Of a DNA stretch of 64,000 nucleotides, positions 17,092-26,207 are shown in pieces (within the stretch, counting starts at the first letter, position 1; every line of letters starts with the position of its first letter). This DNA is from Rubrobacteraceae bacterium (lineage in GTDB: Bacteria; Actinomycetota; Rubrobacteria; Rubrobacterales; Rubrobacteraceae): positions 1,563 through 65,562 of the forward strand of contig DATHTK010000023.1 of the NCBI GenBank assembly GCA_035463295.1. The letters are read 5' to 3'. The notes beneath the pieces are model-generated. The model did no database searches. It worked only from the letters and a program-made list of their open reading frames with translations, and was not told where the DNA came from. The position numbers and the translations under genes were made by a program.

Positions 17092-18815
17092 GCGAGACGC
17101 GACTGGACCCGGTCCTTCTGGAGGTCCTCTGGAACCGCCTGGTCTCTGTGGTCGAGGAGCAGGCGCGGGCCCTGATGCGCACCTCCTTCACCAGCGTGGT
17201 GCGCGAGGCGGGCGACCTCTCGGCGGGTCTCTTCGACCGGCGGGGGCGGATGGTCGCGCAGGCCGTCACCGGCACCCCCGGCCACGTCAACGCGATGGCG
17301 ACGAGCATGCATCACTTTCTGCGAGAGGTCCCGGCCGAGACCCTGCGGCCCGGTGACGTGCTTGTCACCAACCATCCGTGGCAGACCTCCGGCCACCTCA
17401 ACGACTTCACCGTGATCACCCCGATCTTCCGCGGCGGCGAGATAGTCGCGTACTTCGGCAACTGCTGCCATGCTCTCGACGTCGGAGGCCGGGGCCTGGG
17501 CGCTGACGCCCGGCAGGTCTACGAGGAGGGGCTCTTCGTCCCCGTCACCCGCCTGTTCGGTCGCGGCGAGCCAAACGACGAGCTCTTCCGTCTCCTCCGC
17601 GCCAACGTGCGCACGCCGTTCGAGGTCGTCGGCGACCTCTACGCTCAGGCCGCAAGCAACGACGTCGGCGGCGCGCGGCTCATCGAGATGCTGGAGGAGT
17701 TCGACCTTCCAGATATCGAGGGGCTCTCCGACGAGATCTGCACCCGCTCCGAAAGGGCGATGCGGGAGGCGATCGGGGCTCTGCCCGACGGGATCTACGA
17801 GAACGAGACGTACACCGACGGCTTCGACGACCCGATAAAGCTATCCGTCGCCGTCCGCGTCGAGGGCGAAGAGATCCACCTGGACTACGAGGGCTCCTCG
17901 CCGCAGAGCGATAGAGGTATCAACGTCGTCCTCAACTACACCGTCGCGTACTCCACCTTCGGGGTGAAGTGCGCGATCAGCCCGGAGGTGCCGAATAACG
18001 ATGGCAGCTTCCGCCCGATGCATGTAACAGCGCCCGAGGGGTGCATCCTCAACGCCGCGCACCCGGCACCGGTCGGCGCCCGGCACATCATAGGGCACTT
18101 TCTGCCGGGACTGATCCACGGCGCACTCGCGCAAGCCGTCCCGGACAAGGTGCTGACTCAAGGGGCCGACAGCCTCTGGAACACCCAGATCAGTGGCCAC
18201 CGTGACGACGGAGAGCCCTTTACCTACGTGTTTTTCTCCGGGGGCGGCATGGGAGCGAGTTCCCGAAACGACGGCCTCTCCGCAACGGCGTTTCCAAGCG
18301 GTGTCCGCGGCGTGCCGGCTGAGGTTATCGAGAGCATATCGCCGGTGATCATGCACAAGAGGGAGCTGCGCGCTGATTCTGAGGGAGCGGGCAGACGCCG
18401 GGGAGGTTTCGGCCAGGAGATGGAGATAGGGGTGCGCGGCAACTCGCCATGGACCCTCTCCGCCATGTACGATCGCACACGATGCCCGGCGCGGGGTCTG
18501 CAGGGTGGATGCTCCGGCGGTACCGGAGCCGTGCGCACCGCGAGCGGGGACCTCCTGCACCCCAAGCGCCAGCAACGTATCGATGGCGGCGAGCGGGTGA
18601 TTCTGAGCCTGCCGGGCGGCGGAGGCTTCGGGGCAGCCGCGGAGCGCGAGCCGGAGGCGGTCGCACACGACGTTACGGACGGGCTCGTCTCGGCCGAGCG
18701 CGCTCGCGATGTCTACAAGGTCGCCCTCCACGGGGAGCGCAGCGGTCGGTATACCGTCGATGCGGACGAGACTGCCCGTTTGCGCGCCGAGGCACCTCCT
18801 GCTGGAGCGTCCTGA
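17088..18815 (+). CDS. hyuB: Hydantoinase B/oxoprolinase family, B subunit, copy 2
   Basis: DPVLLEVLWNRLVSVVEEQA start region, NHPWQTSGHLND motif, C-terminal LPGGGGFG. ATG 17088 overlaps the stop of the upstream gene (ATGA). GTG 17082 is an alternative start. Confidence 0.9.
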   Translation: MSETRLDPVLLEVLWNRLVSVVEEQARALMRTSFTSVVREAGDLSAGLFDRRGRMVAQAVTGTPGHVNAMATSMHHFLREVPAETLRPGDVLVTNHPWQTSGHLNDFTVITPIFRGGEIVAYFGNCCHALDVGGRGLGADARQVYEEGLFVPVTRLFGRGEPNDELFRLLRANVRTPFEVVGDLYAQAASNDVGGARLIEMLEEFDLPDIEGLSDEICTRSERAMREAIGALPDGIYENETYTDGFDDPIKLSVAVRVEGEEIHLDYEGSSPQSDRGINVVLNYTVAYSTFGVKCAISPEVPNNDGSFRPMHVTAPEGCILNAAHPAPVGARHIIGHFLPGLIHGALAQAVPDKVLTQGADSLWNTQISGHRDDGEPFTYVFFSGGGMGASSRNDGLSATAFPSGVRGVPAEVIESISPVIMHKRELRADSEGAGRRRGGFGQEMEIGVRGNSPWTLSAMYDRTRCPARGLQGGCSGGTGAVRTASGDLLHPKRQQRIDGGERVILSLPGGGGFGAAAEREPEAVAHDVTDGLVSAERARDVYKVALHGERSGRYTVDADETARLRAEAPPAGAS

Positions 18816-18999
18816 CGCTCGACTTCGGAGAAGATCCCGATGCTTCTTCGCGCAGTTTGTCGGCGACGTGGGGGGCCGTATGGGCCAGGACCGCGAGCAG
18901 AAGACTGTCCCCTGTGCCATTCTAGGAACCCTCGGTACGTTCTGTCGTCGGTGGAGGGATAGGCGGGCCGCATCGGAGCAGGAGGGGTGAGAAGAGAGG

Positions 19000-19743
19000 A
19001 TGAAGTACGGGCTATGCGCCGGGTTGCTGGCGGCGATGGCGGGCGGGTACCTCCTGCGCCGCCAGGGGCTGCGCTGGGGCGCCACCGACGAGGAGGTGAA
19101 CAAACCGTTGCCGGGGGATGGAGTCGTAGCCCATCCCATGGTGGAGACGACCCATGCGATCACCATCAGCGTTCCGCCCAGAGAGGTCTGGCCTTGGCTG
19201 GTGCAGATGGGTTACTACAAGGCCGGCTGGTACACAGACCCCTCCTGGTGGGACAGACCCGCCGACGAGTACCTCAAGTCTCTGAGGCGGGAGGAGGCCG
19301 AGGGATCGGGCGTGGGCGATCGGAAAGCCCCGAGCTCAGAGAGGATCGTCCCGGAGTTCCAGGACCTCGAGGAAGGCGACACCATCCTCGACGGCCCACC
19401 CGGCACGGCCTTCTTCACGGTGCACCTTCTTGAACCTGACCGTGCTCTTGTCCTCTACCCTGATTCGCACCTGCGCTTCGCGGTGCCGAGGCCCATCCGC
19501 GAGAACCCCCGCTACGGCATCTTCGGTGAGTTCAGCTGGGCCTTCGTTCTGGAAGAGAAGGGTAAAAGGAGCACCCGGTTGATATTGAGGACTAGGGCCA
19601 ACTATGGTCCGCGCCTTTACCGGACTTTGAGCAAGCCTTTTATTCTGGCAGGCGGGGAGACTCTAGTCGCTCGCAAGATGCTCTACGGCATCAAGGGACG
19701 GGCCGAACGCGGCGGTCAGGTCAGGGAACCGGCGATCGGCTAG
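19000..19743 (+). CDS. SRPBCC-superfamily (START/cyclase-like fold) protein with N-terminal hydrophobic segment
   Basis: Good coding character. HAITISVPPREVWPWLVQMGYYKAGWY resembles the first strands/helix of SRPBCC proteins. SD GAGAGGA upstream. Confidence 0.5.
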   Translation: MKYGLCAGLLAAMAGGYLLRRQGLRWGATDEEVNKPLPGDGVVAHPMVETTHAITISVPPREVWPWLVQMGYYKAGWYTDPSWWDRPADEYLKSLRREEAEGSGVGDRKAPSSERIVPEFQDLEEGDTILDGPPGTAFFTVHLLEPDRALVLYPDSHLRFAVPRPIRENPRYGIFGEFSWAFVLEEKGKRSTRLILRTRANYGPRLYRTLSKPFILAGGETLVARKMLYGIKGRAERGGQVREPAIG

Positions 19744-19785
19744 ACTCGGATGCTAGAGGGTGAGGAGTTGCGAAAGGAGATTTCT

Positions 19786-20556
19786 GTGCAAGACACACCC
19801 ATAAACATCGATTACCTTGACGCGGAAGACCTGCACCTGCGGATAGCCCTGGGAGCCTGCCGCTTCAGGGCCGAACCCGGCGAGAGAGAAGCCTGGATAA
19901 CCGGCGCGGTTCACGATCCGACCGGCAAGCGTTCCCCCAGGATAGTCGAGGAAGGAGGAACGGTCCGGATCACCGAAACGGAACCCTCCTTCGAGCAGAT
20001 CCCCGCCGTCTTCGGCGGCGTCCCCCGCTACGATATAAGGTTCGGCAAGGCACGGCCCTTCGCTCTGACGATCGAGACCGGAGCAAGCGAGTTCGACCTC
20101 GACCTCGGAGGGGTGCCCCTGCGCAGCGTGACTGTCAGGCAGGGGGCGGGCAAGTTCGAACTCGACTTCTCGGCCCCCAACCCCCATCCTATGGAACTGC
20201 TCGAGGTCTCCAGCGGGGCGGCTGGCATAGAACTGGAGAACCTCGCGAACGCCAACTTCTCCGAGATGCGCCTCTCCGGAGGAGCGGCGGGCTACGAACT
20301 GGACTTCCGCGGCACGCTCGCGAGAGACGCCGAGGCGAAGATCGAAGCCGGCCTGAGTACGGTCGAGATAAAGATCCCCGCTTCCACAGCGGCGATGATA
20401 GTTGCCGAGACGACTCTAGGCAGCGTCGACGTGAGCGACGGTTTTACCAAGAGGGAGGGCGCCTTCTGGACCGAAGCAGGGCTGAGAGAGGACAGGCCAC
20501 TCTTGACGATCCGCGCCGGCGTGAGGCTGGGTTCCCTTCAACTCAGAGCTCTGTGA
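19786..20556 (+). CDS. Toastrack-type beta-repeat protein (DUF2154/DUF4097, LiaF C-terminal-like)
   Basis: Repeated G-x-x-E-L/I-D/E-x strands (GASEFDLDLGG, GAGKFELDF, GAAGIELEN, GAAGYELDF, LSTVEIKIP). GTG 19786 sits 6 nt behind AAGGAG. ATG 19750 is an alternative start. Confidence 0.5.
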   Translation: MQDTPINIDYLDAEDLHLRIALGACRFRAEPGEREAWITGAVHDPTGKRSPRIVEEGGTVRITETEPSFEQIPAVFGGVPRYDIRFGKARPFALTIETGASEFDLDLGGVPLRSVTVRQGAGKFELDFSAPNPHPMELLEVSSGAAGIELENLANANFSEMRLSGGAAGYELDFRGTLARDAEAKIEAGLSTVEIKIPASTAAMIVAETTLGSVDVSDGFTKREGAFWTEAGLREDRPLLTIRAGVRLGSLQLRAL

Positions 20557-20649
20557 GCCGGAACCGCGATCTGCGTTGCTGAGAATGCGAGCATCGGCCG
20601 GGTAGAACTCCGATCCTTCGGCCATCTACCGCGTCCTGGACCGCCCGAG

Positions 20650-21273
20650 CTAGGCGGGATCTCGAGCCCCGAGACCGGCGAAGATGTGTTCTGCTAGGGC
20701 GTCCGCGAAATCCTCGTCTAGCGGAGCGTGAGCGACGAGCAGGCGATAGTAGATCGGCCCGTAAAGGATGTCTACAGCCACCTCCGGATCAAGGTCCTCC
20801 CTCAACTCGCCACGCTCGATGCCAAGCTCGAGGATCTCCCTGGCCTCCGCCCGCCTTACCGAAAGCCAGCGCGAACGCAGGGCCTCGGCGAGCTCCGTAT
20901 CAGCCTGACCCTCGGCGATCAGGGCCCCCACCGTCCGCCCCATCTTGCCGCTGAACGCCTCGGTGAGCCTGCGCATGTGCAGCCGGATGTCTTCCCACGC
21001 ATGACCCGTGTGCGGGAAGGGAACCTCGGACGAGACAGTCGAGAGGAAACCATCCATTACTACCGCCGCCTTGTTGGGCCACCAGCGGTAGACCGTGGCC
21101 TTGGAGACCCCGGCGCGCTCCGCTATGGCTTCTACCGTCGTGGCGGCGAACCCCTCCTTCTCGAGTAACTTGTTGGCAGCCTGCAAAATCGCACGGCGCG
21201 CCTTCTCGCTGCGAGGGCGTCCCGGTGGCCGGGTCCCCGAATGGTTCGTCGTCGCTTGTTCCACGTCCCACAT
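20650..21273 (-). CDS. TetR/AcrR-family transcriptional regulator
   Basis: HTH region RRAILQAANKLLEKEGFAATTVEAIAERAGVSKATVYRWWPNKAAV. Confidence 0.92.
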   Translation of the reverse strand: MWDVEQATTNHSGTRPPGRPRSEKARRAILQAANKLLEKEGFAATTVEAIAERAGVSKATVYRWWPNKAAVVMDGFLSTVSSEVPFPHTGHAWEDIRLHMRRLTEAFSGKMGRTVGALIAEGQADTELAEALRSRWLSVRRAEAREILELGIERGELREDLDPEVAVDILYGPIYYRLLVAHAPLDEDFADALAEHIFAGLGARDPA

Positions 21274-21305
21274 ACTAGCAGCCTATACCGGTGTAGTATT
21301 ACTAG

Positions 21306-21324
21306 ACAAAACGTTTCGTTTTGT
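21306..21324. promoter_or_regulatory. Candidate TetR operator: perfect 8-bp inverted repeat ACAAAACG-ttt-CGTTTTGT
   Basis: Perfect palindrome in the 165-bp divergent region between the TetR gene (start 21273) and the EamA gene (start 21439). Confidence 0.5.
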
Positions 21325-21438
21325 TATCCTGTATTGGAGACTACGGAGCGAGTGATGCACTCGGGACACATAGTGAGAGATAGAGGACTTTGAGGAACCT
21401 ACCACAAGGCGCCCCCGCCGCGATGAGAAGCTAGCGAG

Positions 21439-22398
21439 ATGGCCAAGACGCTACTTACCAGCCGGAGTGGCGGGATGTCGCACGTCGACGACGCACCGGG
21501 TGGGGCAGAACGCGGGCGTGAACGCACAAAGGTGATCCCTCGGGCGGAAGTTGTCCTGCTCCTGGCGGTCTTCCTCTTGGGCACCAATCCTGTGGCCGTC
21601 AAGTATGCGGTCTCCGCCGTTCCTGCCCTACCCTATGTGGCTGTGAGGTTCATCGTGGCGGGTCTGATCCTGCTCGTCGCGGTACGTTACGTCCTGGGCT
21701 CCGGAGGAGGTCTCCAGCGGAAGGATCTGCTCGCCATGGTGGGGGTGGGCGCTGTAGGCGTGGGGTTGACCAACATACTATTCACCATGGGTGTGAGCCT
21801 CACGAGCGCGTCGGACACTGCCCTTCTGTACGCGATTGTGCCGGTGTGGGGCATGATCTTAGGCTCTGTGCTGGGGCTGGAGAAGCCCACTCCGAGGGGC
21901 ATCCTCGGGGTGGGGATAGCCTTCCTGGGCATGGGCGTCGTCGTGTACGGGGGCTTGGGCGGGGGCAACTCCAACCTCACAGGGAACCTCCTGGTCCTGG
22001 GGGCCACGGTGTGTTGGGGATCGTACACCGTGCTCTCCTTGCCCCTTCTCAAGAAGTATCCACCTCTGGTAGTCGCGGCCTATACCATGCTCTTCGGAGG
22101 GCTGGCCGCCCTGCCGTTCGCTCTGCCGAGCTTCCCGAGCGTGGGCTGGGATACGATCAGCGTAGGGGTGGGGGTGGCGGTCGCCTACTCGACCATCCTG
22201 GTGGCCGCGTTCGGGTTCTTCGCCTGGCAGAAAGGGGCCTCCGCTCTCGGTGCCAACAAAGTCCTCGTCTACCAGTATCTCATCACCTTTGTCGGGGTCG
22301 TCTCGGGCATCATGCTCCTGGGTGAGGAGCTCGGGGCCGAGAAGATCATCGGAGGAGTCGTCATCCTCTTCGGCGTGTATCTAGCCCGGCGCCAGTAG
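21439..22398 (+). CDS. DMT-superfamily (EamA-type) transporter
   Basis: Ten hydrophobic segments in two EamA halves. Typical LLGTNPVAVKY and WGSYTVL regions. Confidence 0.85.
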   Translation: MAKTLLTSRSGGMSHVDDAPGGAERGRERTKVIPRAEVVLLLAVFLLGTNPVAVKYAVSAVPALPYVAVRFIVAGLILLVAVRYVLGSGGGLQRKDLLAMVGVGAVGVGLTNILFTMGVSLTSASDTALLYAIVPVWGMILGSVLGLEKPTPRGILGVGIAFLGMGVVVYGGLGGGNSNLTGNLLVLGATVCWGSYTVLSLPLLKKYPPLVVAAYTMLFGGLAALPFALPSFPSVGWDTISVGVGVAVAYSTILVAAFGFFAWQKGASALGANKVLVYQYLITFVGVVSGIMLLGEELGAEKIIGGVVILFGVYLARRQ

Positions 22399-22795
22399 TA
22401 GTAAAGATCTCACGTTCGTTTCCCCTCTGGCCTTGCGAAGAGAAGGAGGACGCCGGTTTCCGCGACGAGGCTCTAGAGAGCGGGCAATGATACACTTTCA
22501 TGGCTCAAAGGGCTATAAGGTGGCCCGGGAGGGACCGATGGGTCGGGCGCATCACCGGTCTGTCTCAGCGCGTCTCCCTGAGGTGTTTGGTTGCCTCTTC
22601 TTCAGAGAGGATCGGCCCTCAAAAAGGGGAGAAACGCTCGCCGTAGTATTTGCTACAGTTGATCCGATATCTTCCTTCTCCATTCACGAGATGGCTTGTA
22701 TGTATTTTTTCGAGATGTCATGATAGCCTGATGGAGCTGGGAGAGAGAAGTGGAAGATGACCTGCGTCATCGGATGATCGCGAGGGAGGTCGATC

Positions 22796-24220
22796 ATGAC
22801 GTCGGATGGACTGCAAGAAGTACTGCCAGAGGTGGAACGCGGGGCCGATGCTTATCATCTGACCCCCGAGGGCATCAGAGAGCCACCCGAGGGCTGGGGG
22901 CCGAGCCTCCGCTACTTCGGGCCCGGCCTGATCCTGAGCGCCTCCATCGTCGGTTCGGGCGAGCTCATCGCCACCACCACCTTGGGCGCCCAGGTCGGCT
23001 TCGCCATCCTGTGGCTGGTCATTTTCAGCACCCTCGTCAAGGTGGCCGTGCAGATAGAGCTCGCCCGCTGGACCATCTCGACCGGCGAGCCGGCGCTAAC
23101 GGGCTACGACAAGGTTCCGCCCAGGTTCGGACGGGTCGGGTGGATCAACATCCTGTGGATCGTGGTGGCCCTCTCGAAGCTACTCCAGCTCGGCGGCATC
23201 GTCGGCGGCGTGGCGGTAGCCTTGAGCGTCCTGTTCCCCTTCGGCGGTGACCCGCTGGGGTTCGCGTCCCTCCTGGTCTGGACGATCGTCGTCGTAGTAG
23301 GCAGCATCGCCCTGCTGTACTCCAACAAGTACAGCCTGGTCGAGCGCGGGGCCATCCTCCTGGTGGTGATCTTCTCGATCATCACCATCGTCATCGCCTT
23401 GGGGCTGCCGCTCACGCCGTTCGCCTATGGCACGAGCGACCTTCTCAGCGGCCTCACCTTCGCTCTCCCCGCCGGCGCTCTGGGCGCGGCCCTCGCCATG
23501 TTCGGGATCACCGGCGTCGGTGCAGATGAGATCACCTACTACACCTACTGGTGCGTCGAGAAGGGTTACGCTCGCTGGGCGGGCCCGAACGATGGCAGCG
23601 AGGAGTGGGTCCGGCGGGCCAACGGCTGGATCAACGTCATGTACAAGGACGCCGTCGTCTCCTGGTTCATCTACACCTTCGGCACGCTGGCCTTCTTCAT
23701 CATGGGCGCTGCCGTCCTGCATCCGCAGGACCTCGTACCCGAGGGTAACGAGATGATCACCACCCTCTCGCGCATGTACACCGACGTGCTCGGCGAATGG
23801 GCTGGCATCGGCTTCCTTGTCGGCGCCATCGCTGTGCTCGGCTCGACCTTGTGGGCCGGGCTGCCGAGCTGGGCGCGGATGTACACCAACCTCCTGGCCA
23901 CCGTAGGCGTCCTGAACTGGCAGGATACACGGGCGCGACTGCGCTGGCTGCGTATCTTCACCGTAGCGCTGCCGATCATCTGGGGCGCCGCCTACCTGTT
24001 CATCCAGTCGCCGGTGCTCATGGTTCAGATCGGCGGAGTCATGACCGGCGTATTCCTGCTGGCCGTCGTGGTGGCGGTGTGGTATCTGCGCAACACCGAG
24101 GTCGATCCCCGACTGCACGGTGGCCGCCTGTTCAACGTGGCGCTAATCATCAGTAGCATCGCCATCGCCTTGCTGGGGGTCTACTCGGTCCTGGATGCCT
24201 TCGGTCTCACACCCGGCTAG
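22796..24220 (+). CDS. Nramp-fold (PF01566-like) transporter, non-canonical: metal-site motifs absent
   Basis: LRYFGPGLILSASIVGSGELIATT is Nramp TM1-like, but the canonical DPGN is replaced by VGSGEL. The TM6 region reads GVGADEITYYTYW instead of the Met-Pro-His motif. 11-12 TM segments. Confidence 0.75.
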   Translation: MTSDGLQEVLPEVERGADAYHLTPEGIREPPEGWGPSLRYFGPGLILSASIVGSGELIATTTLGAQVGFAILWLVIFSTLVKVAVQIELARWTISTGEPALTGYDKVPPRFGRVGWINILWIVVALSKLLQLGGIVGGVAVALSVLFPFGGDPLGFASLLVWTIVVVVGSIALLYSNKYSLVERGAILLVVIFSIITIVIALGLPLTPFAYGTSDLLSGLTFALPAGALGAALAMFGITGVGADEITYYTYWCVEKGYARWAGPNDGSEEWVRRANGWINVMYKDAVVSWFIYTFGTLAFFIMGAAVLHPQDLVPEGNEMITTLSRMYTDVLGEWAGIGFLVGAIAVLGSTLWAGLPSWARMYTNLLATVGVLNWQDTRARLRWLRIFTVALPIIWGAAYLFIQSPVLMVQIGGVMTGVFLLAVVVAVWYLRNTEVDPRLHGGRLFNVALIISSIAIALLGVYSVLDAFGLTPG

Positions 24221-24474
24221 GTGAACCCGGCGGCACGCGAGGCATCGCGACGTGTGCGAGTGGCAACCAGGGACCGAGGATTCGAAGCTCATATAGTATT
24301 CCAGCCGGTAGGTTGGGGGACAGGGCCCGCAACTGAGGAGTCGGCGACTACTTCGCGGATGTCTCTCTGGCGGCTACAGGGCGCGCGGTCCGCTTTGTCC
24401 TCTACCAGCGACCGGAGTTCGCTGGCACACGTGCCCCCGATCCCTATCCGTCTAAACGTGGGAGGTCAACAGAT

Positions 24475-25953
24475 ATGGAGGGTAGTACGCCGAGGGGAGA
24501 GCGTCCAGTAGACGAGCAAGAGTATCTGGCCTCGCAGCCGCCCGAGCGGCGCATCGAGGGAGGCCTGGATGAGATCCAGCGTCGCGTGGCCCGAAGCGGA
24601 CGGCGCGTGGTCGTGCTCGACGACGACCCGACCGGCGTCCAGAGCGTACACGGCGTTCCTGTCCTTACCACCTGGACGGTCGAGGACCTTCGCTGGGCGC
24701 TCGCGCAACCGAGCCCGACTTTCTACATCCTCACCAACTCCCGCAGCCTGCCGGAGAAGGAGGCCGTTGCCCTGAACCGGGACGTCGCCCGGAACCTGTC
24801 GGAGGCCGCCGATGGATTACCGGGAACGGACTTCGACGTGGTGAGCCGCAGCGACTCGACCCTGCGCGGCCACTACCCGGCGGAGACCGATGCGCTAGCC
24901 GTAGCTCTTGGGGAGGCCGGGCGTGGCCCCGACGCGCTCGTCATCTGTCCGGCGTTCTTCGAGGCGGGCAGGATCACGGTGGACGACGTCCACTGGGTGC
25001 GCCAGGATGGGGAGCTGGTCCCGGCGGGACAGACGGAGTTCGCCGCCGACCACAGCTTCGGCTACCGCTCCTCGAACCTCAAGGCGTGGGTCGAGGAGAA
25101 GACCGGAGGACGTTTCAAGGCCGCAGAGGTTCTGAGCGTGAGCCTCGCCGACCTTCGCGAAGGTGGTCCCGACCGCGTCCTGGAGCTCCTCGGGGAGACG
25201 AGTGCCGGGAGACCGGTGGTGGTCAACGCGGCGACCTATGCGGATCTTGAGGTCTTCGTTCTGGGCTTGCTTGCGGCGGAGGGCAAGCGCTTTCTCTACC
25301 GGACGGGTCCGTCTTTCGTTCGGTCGCGCGGGGGCATCACCGAGCCCAAGATATTGGGACCTGCCGAACTCTACCGCAGGAGGCCTCGATCCGGACACGG
25401 GCTCGTACTCGTCGGCTCCTACGTACCGACTACCACGCGCCAGCTCGAGGGGGCGCTCGCGCTCGAGGGGGTGCGCGCCGTCGAGATGTCGGTGCCGCGA
25501 CTCCTGGAGCCGGAGAGCAGGGAGGAAGAGCTGGGGCGCGTGGTCGAGGAAGTGAACGGCTCCCTGGTCTCCTCCGAAGTCATTGTCTACACCAGCCGCG
25601 AGCTCGTGACGGGCGGGGCCGGAAGGGCGAGAGATGCGAGGCTCACGAACTTCGAGATCGGGGCCTCTGTCTCCGGCGCTCTGGTGGAGGTCATGCGGCG
25701 GGTGGACCGGGTCTTGCCGCTCTCTTTCGTGCTCGCGAAGGGCGGCATTACCTCCAGCGACATCGCGACGAAGGGGCTCGAGGTTCGGAGGGCCGAGGTC
25801 GCGGGACCACTCCTGCCGCCGGGGATCGTCCCGGTCTGGATCCTGCCCGATGAGAACGACTTCCCGGGGTTGCCGTACGTGATCTTCCCGGGCAACGTCG
25901 GCGGACCTGATTCTCTGGCCCACGCCATAGAGATCCTGCGTGGGGAGCAGTAG
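24475..25953 (+). CDS. Four-carbon acid-sugar kinase family protein (DUF1537; OtnK/DtnK-like)
   Basis: N-terminal VVVLDDDPTGVQSVHG, C-terminal nucleotide-binding domain with LAKGGITSSD. SD GGGAGG upstream of ATG 24475. Confidence 0.85.
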   Translation: MEGSTPRGERPVDEQEYLASQPPERRIEGGLDEIQRRVARSGRRVVVLDDDPTGVQSVHGVPVLTTWTVEDLRWALAQPSPTFYILTNSRSLPEKEAVALNRDVARNLSEAADGLPGTDFDVVSRSDSTLRGHYPAETDALAVALGEAGRGPDALVICPAFFEAGRITVDDVHWVRQDGELVPAGQTEFAADHSFGYRSSNLKAWVEEKTGGRFKAAEVLSVSLADLREGGPDRVLELLGETSAGRPVVVNAATYADLEVFVLGLLAAEGKRFLYRTGPSFVRSRGGITEPKILGPAELYRRRPRSGHGLVLVGSYVPTTTRQLEGALALEGVRAVEMSVPRLLEPESREEELGRVVEEVNGSLVSSEVIVYTSRELVTGGAGRARDARLTNFEIGASVSGALVEVMRRVDRVLPLSFVLAKGGITSSDIATKGLEVRRAEVAGPLLPPGIVPVWILPDENDFPGLPYVIFPGNVGGPDSLAHAIEILRGEQ

Positions 25954-25986
25954 GATGTCGCGATGGCGCCAGGGGGAGCCGGACGG

Positions 25987-26207
25987 ATGGTGACCGCAGC
26001 GGAGACCAGGTTCGGAGAGGTTCTGGCCCTGGCAAGGGAGGAGGGCCGTGCAGTCGGCGCGTTCACCTGCTACGGCCTGCTGGGCTCGAGGCCGAACTCG
26101 GCCGCAAGGTTGCTGCGCTCGATCTCAAGGGCCTCGGCGACGGTGTCGTGGAGCCGGTGGTGGAGGCGAAGCTCTCCGCCTTTGGCTGGATAGAAAAGGA
26201 GGCGTAG
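25987..26207 (+). pseudogene. Class-II fructose/tagatose-bisphosphate aldolase family remnant with large internal deletion and frameshift
   Basis: The N-terminal about 30 codons TRFGEVLALAREEGRAVGAFTCYGL match the aldolase start (ll..A....yAvgAFN). A shifted frame then reads AELGRKVAALDLKGLGDGVVEPVVEAKLSAFGWIEKEA*, matching the C-terminal helix/tail. About 220 bp remain. Confidence 0.55.

Noticed and set aside
22620-22670. Possible yybP-ykoY (Mn2+) riboswitch, because of AAAAGGGGAGAAACGC upstream of an Nramp-like gene.
   Set aside because: Only the 5' GGGGAG block loosely matches, and I could not find the conserved 3' half (…GACAUA…GCAAGACC-like). In addition, the downstream transporter lacks the metal-binding motifs. 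A cmsearch would be needed to revive this idea.
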